Part shown: positions 48,131 through 57,587 of the stretch, in pieces
Layout: each line of letters begins with the position of its first letter
How positions within the stretch are numbered: position 1 is the first letter of the stretch
Source of the DNA: an uncultured bacterium
GTDB lineage: Bacteria > Latescibacterota > Latescibacteria > Latescibacterales > Latescibacteraceae
Direction of reading: 5' to 3'
DNA: 57,761 nucleotides
Assembly (NCBI GenBank): GCA_964456585.1
Contig: CAYWBT010000001.1
Span: forward strand, 1 to 57,761
Notes under the pieces: generated by a model
Seen by the model: the letters and a program-made list of their open reading frames with translations, nothing else
The model's database searches: none
What the model was told of the DNA's origin: nothing
Position numbers and translations under genes: made by a program

Positions 48131-49421
48131 GAAAAAAAATAAACTGAAGAATATAGAGCCGTGGATTGATGACATCTATCGTTGTTTTCGCTGTGGCTTG
48201 TGCAGAAGTGTCTGCCCCTCTTTCGAAGAATCGGGCCTCGAGTCTTCCTCCCCCCGTGGACGGGTACAGTACGCCCGGGCGGCCCTGGAAGACAGTATCG
48301 CCCTGGACAGTATGTTCGAAGATCGGATACTTGATTGCCTGAGTTGCAGGCGCTGCGTGGAGATTTGCCCTTCCGGTGTCCGCACCGACCAGATTGTCAT
48401 GGCGGCACGCGCGGAATTGGTCGAGCGCGGCAGGCTCAATCCTATAAAAAAAATTCTTTTCAATGGATTTCTCAAGCATGCCGGACTGATGAGCACCGGA
48501 GCGAGAGCTGGCTCGCTGGGACAGAGACTGTTTATGGAAACCGGAAGCTCACTTGCGGAAGTGATGCCGTGGCTCGCGGGTATGGAGGACAAAAAAATCC
48601 CCGTTCTGTCAGATGATCAGGCGATGAACCGGTTACCGGTGGTTAATCCGGTAATCTATGGATCGAAGATTTTGCGGGTGGGCTACTTTATCGGGTGCGC
48701 CACGAACTTCATATTCCCCCACATTGCCGAGGCGACGGTTCGAGTGCTGACACGGAACCGGGTTGAAGTGGTGATACCCCGAGGACAGGTCTGCTGCGGC
48801 ATACCGGTCTACTCGTCCGGTGATTTCGAGAATGCGCGGAAGCTTGCCGAAAAGAACCTGAACATCTTCCGCGGTCATGACCTCGACTGTATAGTAACCG
48901 ACTGCGCCTCCTGTTCTGCTGCACTCAAGCACGATATTACCGAACTCCTCGGCATGAAGGGCTTCGAGGTGCCGGTTTACGATCTGAACGAGTTTCTGGC
49001 CACCATACTGGAGATCGATCGGAATTTTGCCGCAGTCGACATGACGGTTACCTATCACGATCCCTGTCATCTCGTGCGGGGGCAGGGCATCTCCGCGGAA
49101 CCGCGCGAACTGTTAACCATGGTTCCCGGAGTCGAACTCGTTGAAATGAACGATGCAGACACATGCTGCGGTGGTGCAGGAGCCTTTTCCTATACCCATC
49201 ACACCCTCTCGAGAAAAATCGGAAGGCACAAGGTTGAAAACATACGCGCCACGGGCGCGGATTATGTGGCAACGCCCTGTCCGTCCTGCAAGATGCAGAT
49301 CGACGATCTTCTGCACCACGAAGGAATTGCGGTGAAAACAATTCATCCAATTGAAGTACTCGATATGTCATACCGCAAAAAAGATATCGAAGACAATGAG
49401 ATACTGATACTCGATGCGTAA
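48123..49421 (+). CDS. (Fe-S)-binding protein with two 4Fe-4S motifs and two CCG domains (GlcF / HdrD-like)
   Basis: Start at ATG 48123, which overlaps the macro-gene stop (ATGCCTGA). CFRCGLCRSVCP and CLSCRRCVEICP ferredoxin motifs; CCG...DCASC and CCGGAG...PCPSC cysteine-rich CCG domains. Confidence 0.85.
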   Translation: MPEKKNKLKNIEPWIDDIYRCFRCGLCRSVCPSFEESGLESSSPRGRVQYARAALEDSIALDSMFEDRILDCLSCRRCVEICPSGVRTDQIVMAARAELVERGRLNPIKKILFNGFLKHAGLMSTGARAGSLGQRLFMETGSSLAEVMPWLAGMEDKKIPVLSDDQAMNRLPVVNPVIYGSKILRVGYFIGCATNFIFPHIAEATVRVLTRNRVEVVIPRGQVCCGIPVYSSGDFENARKLAEKNLNIFRGHDLDCIVTDCASCSAALKHDITELLGMKGFEVPVYDLNEFLATILEIDRNFAAVDMTVTYHDPCHLVRGQGISAEPRELLTMVPGVELVEMNDADTCCGGAGAFSYTHHTLSRKIGRHKVENIRATGADYVATPCPSCKMQIDDLLHHEGIAVKTIHPIEVLDMSYRKKDIEDNEILILDA

Positions 49422-49443
49422 CCGGTTTCAAATAGAAACCGGT
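49421..49443 (+). terminator. Perfect 9-bp hairpin right after the Fe-S gene stop (possible terminator, no U-tract)
   Basis: ACCGGTTTC-AAATA-GAAACCGGT. No T-run follows it. Confidence 0.3.
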
Positions 49444-49591
49444 ACGAGACATTCCCTGAGGCGGTGGATTTGCGATGAATCGCTGAGGTCCTTACCGAGA
49501 AAACGAGATAGTATCAAAGACGCAACAGGCACGTGCACCTTGAAACGCACATCTTGAAAACCACAATGTATAATGATAATCCGGGGGTTGT

Positions 49592-51370
49592 ATGAACATT
49601 TCATTCATGATAAGAAGATTTCGTCTTCTTTATACGATACTCTTCGCTGTCTCTCTTGCGTATCTTTCCGGCTGTGCTGCAATGAAACCGGGGAGTAAAA
49701 CGCTCGAACAACCGGGGGGAGCAACACGAGAAGAGGTAAAGAAAATTGCCGGGAACCTCTTCCTGGAAGGCAAGATGGCGGAAGCGAAAGAACAGTGGGG
49801 AAATGCAATCGCCGCCTATACCGAGGCACTCCAGTACGATCCCACCTCCGACGAGATTGCGATCGCCCTCGCCAAGGTATTCATTCGGGATAAAAAGATT
49901 CGTGCTGCGCTGTATTATACCAGGATGGCGATACGGTCCAACGCTGCTGAACCAAATTACTGGATGGTGCTTCAACTGCTCGAGAAGCAGGTGGGTAGGA
50001 TTGATCAGGCGGCGGAAGCACTGGAAATGTACATGAAACTGAATCCAGAGCCCACGCTCTCCATGGTTCTTCAGCTTGCTGACTACTACTTCACCCTCGA
50101 CAGAAAAAAGGATGCCCGGAAGCTGCTCATGTCAAAGGCACGGGGAGATGATTTGACTGCATCCGATCTCTATGAAATCGCCTCCTTCATGGCGGAACAC
50201 CACCAGATAGACGATGCGATCTCTCTCTCCCGGGCAATTGTCGACCGCGACCCGCTCGACATTCAGGCATGGATGTTAATTGGCAACATTTATAACTCCA
50301 TCGGACGTGAAGACGAGGCACTCAAGACTTACAAGAATGCCCTCCTGAAAGATCCGGATAATCTGTATATTATGGTGTCCATCGCCAACCACTGTCTCAT
50401 GGAAAACGACTGGGAGTGCTGTGTTTTCTATTTTGAGAAAACCGCTGCCCTCGGGGCGGAAAAAGCGGAAGAGGCCGGGATTGACTACGATGAGATATTG
50501 AAGACGCTCACGGCGGTCTATTTTTATGCCGGACGAGACGATGAGGCGCGCTTACTATACGATCGGCTCAAGGGTGAGGAGAAGGACGACACCGATCTCT
50601 ACGTTTCTCTGGGCAAGGCCATGAATTATCTCGAACGCTACGAGGAAGCCGCCAACTACTACCGGACCGGATTGGGAAAGAATCCCGACTCCCTCGGCGA
50701 AGAAAGCGCCTATAAAGCATTTGCCGGGTATGCACGCTCGCTGGTCAAGCTCGAACGAGGCGAAGAAGCGCTGGATGTTATCCGCACGGAAGCTGGAACG
50801 TACATCTCGCACACGACGCTGGTCAAGGAACTCGAGGCCGGCATTTACACGGAACTCAAGCAGTATTCCGACGCCATAGCGATTTATGAATGGCTGATCT
50901 CGGCCGATCCGGAAAACCGCGGATACCTCATGAGTGCCAGCATCGCATACGACCTTGCAGGGCAGTTCAAAAACGCCGAGAGCATGCTCTTGAAAGTTCT
51001 CGACCTGACGCCGGACGATCCGCTCGCCCTCAACAATCTCGCCTATATGTACATCGAAAACGACGCCCATCTTTCACGTGCAGTCTCCATGGTGAAGAAG
51101 GCCCTGAAGGTGCAGCCTGAAAACGGGGCGTATCTCGATACCCTTGGCTGGGCATACTACAAGACGGAAAAGTACAAGGAGGCCAGAAAATATATCGAGC
51201 AGGCACTCACCTTTGCCGACTCGGCGGACAAGGGGATCATTTTCCATCATTACGGTGACGTTCTGGTCAGGCTCGGCAAAAACAGTGCAGCAATCGACGC
51301 CTACCAGAAAGCGCTCGATTTCGGCGAAGACCGGGATACTATTCAGTCCAAGATAGATAGCCTGAGGTAA
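49592..51370 (+). CDS. TPR-repeat lipoprotein
   Basis: 592-aa ORF with leader ...AVSLAYLSGCAA (lipobox). It carries many TPR-like repeats (W.N.A.AY..AL..DP, A.N.LAY.Y). Confidence 0.85.
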   Translation: MNISFMIRRFRLLYTILFAVSLAYLSGCAAMKPGSKTLEQPGGATREEVKKIAGNLFLEGKMAEAKEQWGNAIAAYTEALQYDPTSDEIAIALAKVFIRDKKIRAALYYTRMAIRSNAAEPNYWMVLQLLEKQVGRIDQAAEALEMYMKLNPEPTLSMVLQLADYYFTLDRKKDARKLLMSKARGDDLTASDLYEIASFMAEHHQIDDAISLSRAIVDRDPLDIQAWMLIGNIYNSIGREDEALKTYKNALLKDPDNLYIMVSIANHCLMENDWECCVFYFEKTAALGAEKAEEAGIDYDEILKTLTAVYFYAGRDDEARLLYDRLKGEEKDDTDLYVSLGKAMNYLERYEEAANYYRTGLGKNPDSLGEESAYKAFAGYARSLVKLERGEEALDVIRTEAGTYISHTTLVKELEAGIYTELKQYSDAIAIYEWLISADPENRGYLMSASIAYDLAGQFKNAESMLLKVLDLTPDDPLALNNLAYMYIENDAHLSRAVSMVKKALKVQPENGAYLDTLGWAYYKTEKYKEARKYIEQALTFADSADKGIIFHHYGDVLVRLGKNSAAIDAYQKALDFGEDRDTIQSKIDSLR

Positions 51371-52170
51371 TGGCACGATCGGCATACACAGGTGCGGCGG
51401 TTCTCGCGGCTACTGTCGTCCTTCTAACCGTGCAGGGGTGCAGTCTGAGACCTTCGCCGGGCATTCCGCGCGATATTTCCGTTGCCCAGGTGCTCAGCGC
51501 GATTGAAACGTATACGATCCGGGTGAACGATTTCTCGGGGAGCGCTCGCGCCGGCATCAGGACAGAAAACGGGTCCTATTCGGCACAGGTCCGCCTCAGG
51601 TATCATGCTCCCGATCACTTCCGCATTGATATCAAGGGTTTCGGCGGCATAACGACCGCTCGTATCGGTGTTCTTGCTGATTCAATGGTTGTGTACGTAC
51701 CGCCGGAAAATCTCTATATTACCGCCGAACGGTCGGACAACGTTCTCGGACTTTTAGTGCCGGATAGCAGGATTAACCTCGAGGCACTCCTCTCGGTATT
51801 CGACGCTGAGAACCAGGTGCGGGATCACCATGATGAGATCATCGGCGCCATGGAACATCTTGGCAGGCGTGTATCGCTTGAACTGAAGCGCGGAGATGTT
51901 CTTCACCGGTATACGGTCGAGGGACCGGAGCTGCGTCTCGTTAAAGAGGATATCAATCGTGCAGACGGTACGGTGTGGCACAAAACGTTTTCTGATTACC
52001 GGCGGTATAACGGCGTTTACTTTCCGGGAACGATTACTCTCGACCGCGGCGGGACTGTTTTTACCGCAACATTTTCGAACTGTGTAATCAACTCCGGTCT
52101 CACGGATGCTGATCTCACCTTCACTATTCCTGATTCGGCGGAACGATACACTATTGGCGACGAGCGATAG
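51370..52170 (+). CDS. DUF4292-like (LolB-fold) outer-membrane lipoprotein
   Basis: 266-aa ORF with lipobox LLTVQGCS. The FSGSARAGIRTENGSYSAQVRLRY...FRIDIKGF pattern and its position after a TPR lipoprotein are typical of DUF4292. There is a 1-nt overlap (TAATG) with the upstream gene. Confidence 0.6.
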   Translation: MARSAYTGAAVLAATVVLLTVQGCSLRPSPGIPRDISVAQVLSAIETYTIRVNDFSGSARAGIRTENGSYSAQVRLRYHAPDHFRIDIKGFGGITTARIGVLADSMVVYVPPENLYITAERSDNVLGLLVPDSRINLEALLSVFDAENQVRDHHDEIIGAMEHLGRRVSLELKRGDVLHRYTVEGPELRLVKEDINRADGTVWHKTFSDYRRYNGVYFPGTITLDRGGTVFTATFSNCVINSGLTDADLTFTIPDSAERYTIGDER

Positions 52171-53503
52171 GAAAAAGGGGCGGACACCACGGGAGACAGC
52201 CCTGCACCTGCTCAGGAGGATCGAAACAGGCGGCGCGTATGCTGACCGGATTCTCGCCTCTCGCGAAGTAGGTGATTTGGCGCTATTGGACAGGTCTTTC
52301 GTCCGTGAACTCGTTCTCGGTGTGCTCAGATGGAAGCTCCGGCTCGACCACATCATTGATCGGTACTATACGGGAAAACCATCGTCGCTCAAGCCGGCTA
52401 TCAGGATGATACTCAGGCTGGGACTCTACCAGATGATGTTCTTGGACGCTGTCCCCGAATGGGCGGCGGTTAATGAAAGCGTTGAAATGGCCTCCCGCGT
52501 ATCCGGGCGCGGAGCGGCAGGACTGGTCAATGCCCTGCTCAGGCGCTTCAGCCGTGAAGGCGAACCGCCGGTTCCTGCGGGTGATCCCACGGAACAAATC
52601 TCTGTGGAACAGTCCTTCCCCCGGTGGATTACACAGCGGTGGATAGATCAGTTCGGGCAAGAAACCGCGGAAGCGGTGATGCAAGCATCGAATGAAAAAC
52701 ACGCGGTGTCGATCCGTGCAAATACGAGACAGACGTCGGTCGGATCACTGATAAGTGCCCTCGCAGACGAAGGCTTCGAAGCGGTGGAATCTGAAATGCC
52801 GGGATACCTTGTCGTTCCGAAAGCGACCGGGCTCTTTGACAGTTCTCTCTTTCGAGAAGGTCGCTTCATCGCACAGGACGGTGCAGCGGCAATGGCAGCC
52901 ATTCTTCTGGATCCCAAGCCGGGGGAACTGGTTCTCGATCTCTGTTCCGCCCCGGGTGGAAAGACGACCCACTGTGCGGAACTGATGAACGACTCTGGAA
53001 GGATTGATGCGGTGGACAGGAATCGCGCACGGCTTGGTCTGGTTCATGATGCTGCCGAACGGCTCAGTCATCGTTCCATTACCTGTATCGAAGGTGACGC
53101 TGCAATGTTCGGGAGTGACGGGGAAAAGTGGTACGATCGTATCCTTCTTGATGTCCCCTGCACCGGGACGGGAGTCTTTTCAAAACGTCCCGACATGAAG
53201 TGGCGGAAAAATCGGAGAGATCTCGAACGAATCGCTACCCTGCAGTTCGAGATGCTGGTCAATGCCGGACGGCTCCTCAAGCCCGGTGGCGTGCTGGTGT
53301 ACAGTACCTGCTCTCTCGAACCGGAGGAAGACGAAGTGGTGGTGCACCGGTACCTTGAATTGACCGCCGAAGAGCGCGGATATGACGTTGCGGAAATGAG
53401 AGATGACCGTTTCAAAAAGTATGAACGGGAGGTCGGCTACCTGATTCTCCCGCACGAGATGCACGGTGCCGGAGCTTTCGCGGTAAAATTGAAGCGAGGA
53501 TGA
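52106..53503 (+). CDS. rsmB: 16S rRNA (cytosine967-C5)-methyltransferase RsmB
   Basis: N-terminal NusB-like domain (PRETALHLLRRIETGGAYADRIL), SAM site LDLCSAPGGKT, and catalytic DVPCTGTGV and YSTCSL motifs. The start is uncertain: an in-frame TTG at 52154 would reduce the 65-nt overlap with the upstream gene. Confidence 0.88.
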   Translation: MLISPSLFLIRRNDTLLATSDRKKGRTPRETALHLLRRIETGGAYADRILASREVGDLALLDRSFVRELVLGVLRWKLRLDHIIDRYYTGKPSSLKPAIRMILRLGLYQMMFLDAVPEWAAVNESVEMASRVSGRGAAGLVNALLRRFSREGEPPVPAGDPTEQISVEQSFPRWITQRWIDQFGQETAEAVMQASNEKHAVSIRANTRQTSVGSLISALADEGFEAVESEMPGYLVVPKATGLFDSSLFREGRFIAQDGAAAMAAILLDPKPGELVLDLCSAPGGKTTHCAELMNDSGRIDAVDRNRARLGLVHDAAERLSHRSITCIEGDAAMFGSDGEKWYDRILLDVPCTGTGVFSKRPDMKWRKNRRDLERIATLQFEMLVNAGRLLKPGGVLVYSTCSLEPEEDEVVVHRYLELTAEERGYDVAEMRDDRFKKYEREVGYLILPHEMHGAGAFAVKLKRG

Positions 53504-53504
53504 C

Positions 53505-54326
53505 ATGGCAACAACGATGCACAGCGATGGGAAAAAGGGACGAGTAACGAGTAAATCCGGAGGAAAAAAGCCCTGGCGCACATTTTTTTTCTTCCTCTTA
53601 AAGCACGGGGTACTCTTGGGTACCGCCTTTATCGGTGCCGGGATTTTGTTCGTAATCACCATGGATCAGTTTGTCATGCCCCTCGTGGTCAAGCATGGCA
53701 CGGTTGAGTTTGCCCGGAACTTCCAGGGAATAACGGTCGAGGAAGCGCGGAGTATCATTGATAACAGGTTCGTACTCCAGTCTGATTCGACTGAGTATAA
53801 CAACGAATTCCCGCTAAATACAATTTTTTACCAGTATCCCGCTCCCGGTACAGAGATCAAGCCGGGGCGCACCATATTCACCATCGTTTCGAAGGGACCG
53901 AAACCCATCAACCTGCCGAATGTTACCGGCATGCCGGTCCAGGATGCTATCCTGACGATTGAAGCTCTCGGTCTCACGATCGATCATCAGGAATGGATTC
54001 ATTCAAACGAATACCGGGTCAAGGGTATTGTTGCACGGCAGTATCCACCGGGCGCCCAAGAGGTTCCGGAGAATACCCGGATAATCCTGTATATTTCGGA
54101 CGGCAAACCTGAAACTGATGTTATCATGCCCGACCTGATTGACCTGGGGCTGTCCGCCGCACTGGATACCCTCTACGCGTACCAGTTCGACCGGAATAAA
54201 ATCAGGATACAGAAGGAGCAAGCTCCGGAGCTTCTTCCCGAAACGGTGATCGATCAGCACCCCGATCCGGGGAGGCCGACACCAGTCACCATCGAGGTCA
54301 ATCTCGTCGTTTCCACCTCCGAGTGA
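53505..54326 (+). CDS. Stand-alone membrane-anchored PASTA-domain protein (three PASTA repeats)
   Basis: 273-aa ORF with one N-terminal TM helix. It has three ~65-aa repeats with the PASTA pattern (for example LPNVTGMPVQDAILTIEALGL and MPDLIDLGLSAALDTL). No kinase or transpeptidase domain is present. Confidence 0.78.
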   Translation: MATTMHSDGKKGRVTSKSGGKKPWRTFFFFLLKHGVLLGTAFIGAGILFVITMDQFVMPLVVKHGTVEFARNFQGITVEEARSIIDNRFVLQSDSTEYNNEFPLNTIFYQYPAPGTEIKPGRTIFTIVSKGPKPINLPNVTGMPVQDAILTIEALGLTIDHQEWIHSNEYRVKGIVARQYPPGAQEVPENTRIILYISDGKPETDVIMPDLIDLGLSAALDTLYAYQFDRNKIRIQKEQAPELLPETVIDQHPDPGRPTPVTIEVNLVVSTSE

Positions 54327-54346
54327 AACAAGCAAGGGGATCAATC

Positions 54347-55018
54347 ATGCATAACGTACAAATCTCTCCCTCGATTCTCGCTGCCGACCTGACGTGTCTC
54401 AAGGATGAAATCGCACGTGCTGTCGAGGGCGGTTGCGACGATATTCATATCGATATCATGGACGCACACTTCGTACCGAACCTCTCCTTCGGTCCCCGGA
54501 TGGTGGAAACGGTGCGCACCTTCACCGATCTTCCGCTGGACGTTCACCTCATGATGGACAACCCACGTGACATGATCGGTGCTTTCGCAGATGCCGGTAG
54601 CAGCTTCATCACTGTGCACGTCGAGGTGCTTGATGATGTGCCCGGTACCCTTGCGGCTATTTCCGACCTCGGCATACGCCCGGGGCTCTCGCTCAAACCC
54701 GACACGCCGGTTGACATGGTGATCCCCTATCTCTCACTCGTTGATATCCTCCTTGTCATGTCGGTATTTCCCGGCTTCGGAGGCCAGGACTTCATCGAGG
54801 AGTCTTACGGACGAATACGGGAGGTCTCTCGAGCGGCAAACCTTCTTCCCTCTCCTCCGCTTATTTCGGTTGATGGCGGCATCGGATTCGAAAATGCGCC
54901 GCTCATCGTCAAAGCCGGGGCGAACCACCTCGTTGCCGGAACAACCATTTTCAGGGAACACCACGCGGAAGAAAACATCCGCCATCTGCGAGAGGTGCTC
55001 ACGCGCATTCGTGGTTGA
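54347..55018 (+). CDS. rpe: Ribulose-phosphate 3-epimerase
   Basis: Start at ATG 54347 after an AAGGGGA RBS. ISPSILAADL, IHIDIMDAHFVPNLSFGP, DVHLM, MSV.PGFGGQ.F and VDGGI motifs. Confidence 0.92.
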   Translation: MHNVQISPSILAADLTCLKDEIARAVEGGCDDIHIDIMDAHFVPNLSFGPRMVETVRTFTDLPLDVHLMMDNPRDMIGAFADAGSSFITVHVEVLDDVPGTLAAISDLGIRPGLSLKPDTPVDMVIPYLSLVDILLVMSVFPGFGGQDFIEESYGRIREVSRAANLLPSPPLISVDGGIGFENAPLIVKAGANHLVAGTTIFREHHAEENIRHLREVLTRIRG

Positions 55019-55121
55019 TGGCAGCGATGAAAAGCGGGGCTGCAGGGGATCGGACCTCGTACGAAACGGTTTGATTTTTTCAGGAAAATTGTGCATATTA
55101 TGCCCGGCAGTTCCTCGATGC

Positions 55122-55207
55122 GGAGGACTAGTCTAATTGGTAAGGCAGCGGACTTGAAATCCGCCGTGGTAAAACACTTCAGAGTTCGAGTCTCTGGTCC
55201 TCCGCCA
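55122..55207 (+). tRNA. tRNA-Ser (anticodon UGA), class II with long variable arm, CCA encoded
   Basis: Hand-folded cloverleaf. Acceptor GGAGGAC/GTCCTCC, D arm GTCT..AGGC, anticodon stem GCGGA/TCCGC with loop CTTGAAA (anticodon TGA), variable arm with GTG/CAC stem, T arm CAGAG-TTCGAGT-CTCTG, discriminator G, CCA. Confidence 0.85.
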
Positions 55208-55307
55208 AATAAACAACAGGGGCTTATAAAATATAGTATAATAACTATTATTAAGGGAGTGTGTATAATATTGTGAATAAAAAGGGAAAAAGAAAAGGAA
55301 AGAATAA

Positions 55308-55575
55308 TTAGATGTCTATAATTGCACCATGAGTATTGTTTCTGTGAACATAATATTTTTCGGTAACCATCACCGATGAGTGACCGAGAAAAGATTTTAC
55401 CGCATAGATATCTGCCTCGCTATCATTGATCGCCCAGGTCGCGAATGTATGACGGAGCGAGTGTAACTACTTGCGCTCGATGCCTGCCTCACGAAACCAC
55501 ATCATCGCCCACTTTGAAACCGTATCCGACGAACATACCATAAACTGCCGGTGACAAAGGCATTTCTCAACCATC
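55308..55575 (-). pseudogene. Tyrosine recombinase (phage-type integrase) C-terminal remnant
   Basis: The minus-strand translation reads ...KWAMMWFREAGIERK(stop)LHSLRHTFATWAINDSEADIYAVKSFLGHSSVMVTEKYYVH... It contains the H..R box, the GH box and the catalytic Tyr region. There is an internal TAG at 55467-55469 and no N-terminal half. It lies about 100 nt downstream of tRNA-Ser. Confidence 0.7.
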
Positions 55576-55582
55576 GAAAATA

Positions 55583-57277
55583 TTACATCTCATCAAGTCC
55601 TCTGGCAAGCTCGATCTGCCGCTTGTACATGAATTGAGTTATAAGCGAGCTGTCTTTTTCATCGACAAGTCTGAATTCGATTCCGTACATGAACTTCTGA
55701 TTTCCTCGCTGGGCAAAAACAAGGGGGGATGAGATGACATCTCCTTCGGGGAGTTCAAACCGTACCGCCATGCATTTTTTAACGGAAATCGGCTCCTCGG
55801 AAAAAATAATCATTCTCGTTCTGCTCAACTCAAGTATCTGGGCTTTGAATCGCTGTCCGGCATGCTGAATCGTGGGAACTGCCAGGGTAATTGGCAGAGG
55901 AACCTTGAGCGCCACGGAGAAGTTTTTTTGCGAGTGAAGGCTAACGGCATCTTCGCCGTATTTCACGTATAAGATATCGTTTTCCACATCAATCTCATGA
56001 ATTGATGTGTGATACTTTGTGGACAGACCAACCAAGGGATTGGCTAAATTGACCACAGTTTCAGGTACTAATTGAATTTTCTGGTTAAAAATAACCGGTG
56101 CTTGAATACCGATTATCTCTTCTGTCCTGAATTTACGACTATCGCTTTTTTTGCTGGTATAGGTAATTGTCGTATTGTCTATGAGGATTTCAACAATAAA
56201 TTCCGAAGGAATTTTGTAAGCTTCAGCAATGATATTTCGTGCCTTGTTTATGTTCTTGATATCCCGCGTTTGAGCTTCAGCAATAACCTTTTTAGACACC
56301 ACGCTGCTGAGGGCCTTGAGTATTTCTTCTCCCTTGCCCAACATCAAATTTGTTCCACAGTAACTGCAGTATCGCGCTTCAGGAGTATTGACAAACGTAC
56401 AGGTTAAACAGACATTGAGTTCGTTTTCCCCGTCATCTTTCTCCTGTTCACTTACTCCGGTAAAACTTTCAACTGCCTCGTGTATGGTAGAATATGTTTT
56501 AAACAGGTCGTTAATCTTGATATAGGTAAAACGATTATTCACCGATTTTTCGGGAAACGTCAGTCTCAACTCATACCCATTCGACTTGAGTGCTTCATTG
56601 GTGGAAATCAGCAATCCCAATCCGGCACTATCGATTTGTACAATGTGAGACGTGTCAAAAACGACTTTGTACCATCCATCGAAAATGATATTTGCAAATA
56701 TTCCCTGAATTATATGGATGTTTTCAATGGTAAAATTTCTGATGTACGACTTGATGATGGTAACGTCACCCTGGTGTTCAATCGATATCGAATCTCTCTG
56801 TGATGCAATTTTACCCGGAGAACCGTTGGTTGTTTCCTCTTTCTGGTTCTCGCCGACGTCTTCGGCATCACCTTTTTTTCTCCCTGCTATCTGACTGGCT
56901 CCTGTGACTCTTCGAATTCGCGTCAAAAGATCACTCGGTTGAAATGGTTTGACGATGTAATCCACTCCACCGGACTGAATAGCCTTTTTTAAATCCTCTT
57001 TCGATTTTTTCCCCGTTAAAAATATGACCGGGATATCTTTTGTTTGTACATTCCTCTTGATGACTTTGCATGTTATAAATCCGTCAAATCCCGGCATGTG
57101 AATATCGAGAATGACAATATCCGGCTTTTTCTCTTTAGCAAGCCGAATACCCTCTTTCCCGTCGGTCGCTTTGAAGACCTTAAACTCAGTATCCTTCAGT
57201 ATTCTTTCAACGAGGTATAGAATTTCAGTATTGTCATCAATGATTACCACTTTTTTCTTTTTTTGATTTTCACTCAT
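55583..57277 (-). CDS. Multidomain signalling protein: REC receiver + STAS + zinc ribbon + YcgR/PilZ-like C-terminal region (degenerate c-di-GMP motifs)
   Basis: 564-aa ORF. REC: VVIIDDN...PDIVILDIHMPGFDG...PVIFLTGK...DYIVKPF. STAS-like: GDVTIIKSY...VVFDTSHIVQIDSAGLGLLIS...GYELRLTF. Zinc ribbon: CLTC....CSYCG. C-terminus: a beta-rich region with PilZ-like spacing (ILELSRTRMIIFSEEP...AVRFELPEG...YGIEFRLV), but without recognisable RxxxR or DxSxxG motifs. Confidence 0.75.
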   Translation of the reverse strand: MSENQKKKKVVIIDDNTEILYLVERILKDTEFKVFKATDGKEGIRLAKEKKPDIVILDIHMPGFDGFITCKVIKRNVQTKDIPVIFLTGKKSKEDLKKAIQSGGVDYIVKPFQPSDLLTRIRRVTGASQIAGRKKGDAEDVGENQKEETTNGSPGKIASQRDSISIEHQGDVTIIKSYIRNFTIENIHIIQGIFANIIFDGWYKVVFDTSHIVQIDSAGLGLLISTNEALKSNGYELRLTFPEKSVNNRFTYIKINDLFKTYSTIHEAVESFTGVSEQEKDDGENELNVCLTCTFVNTPEARYCSYCGTNLMLGKGEEILKALSSVVSKKVIAEAQTRDIKNINKARNIIAEAYKIPSEFIVEILIDNTTITYTSKKSDSRKFRTEEIIGIQAPVIFNQKIQLVPETVVNLANPLVGLSTKYHTSIHEIDVENDILYVKYGEDAVSLHSQKNFSVALKVPLPITLAVPTIQHAGQRFKAQILELSRTRMIIFSEEPISVKKCMAVRFELPEGDVISSPLVFAQRGNQKFMYGIEFRLVDEKDSSLITQFMYKRQIELARGLDEM

Positions 57278-57587
57278 TTTCTTGCACCTGAATTAGTGAG
57301 AGCAACCGCGCTTGAAATATCATGCGCTTCTTCAAGAGGATTCACAAACGATTAACTCGAGTGTAGTATCCCGGTCGTTATTGCACACGGTACAGTCAGC
57401 AATAATCAGTGTTCATCCGGGATCCTAACTGGTTACTAAAAAAAAATCTTTATCGTTTCCAGCGGTTTTACACTCTTAACCGGCACTCTGTATCGTGCGT
57501 TGGAAAATTTCTCTGATAGACTAGTCATCGTCGACCACGAGTATATGGTTGTTTGTAGAAATCTGTTTATTCATATCACACGTCTCA

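Noticed and set aside
55122-55207. Possibility that the long-arm tRNA is tRNA-Sec or tRNA-Leu
   Set aside because: The anticodon loop CTTGAAA gives anticodon UGA (which reads UCA, Ser), not UCA (Sec). The acceptor stem is 7 bp, not the 8 bp typical of bacterial tRNA-Sec.
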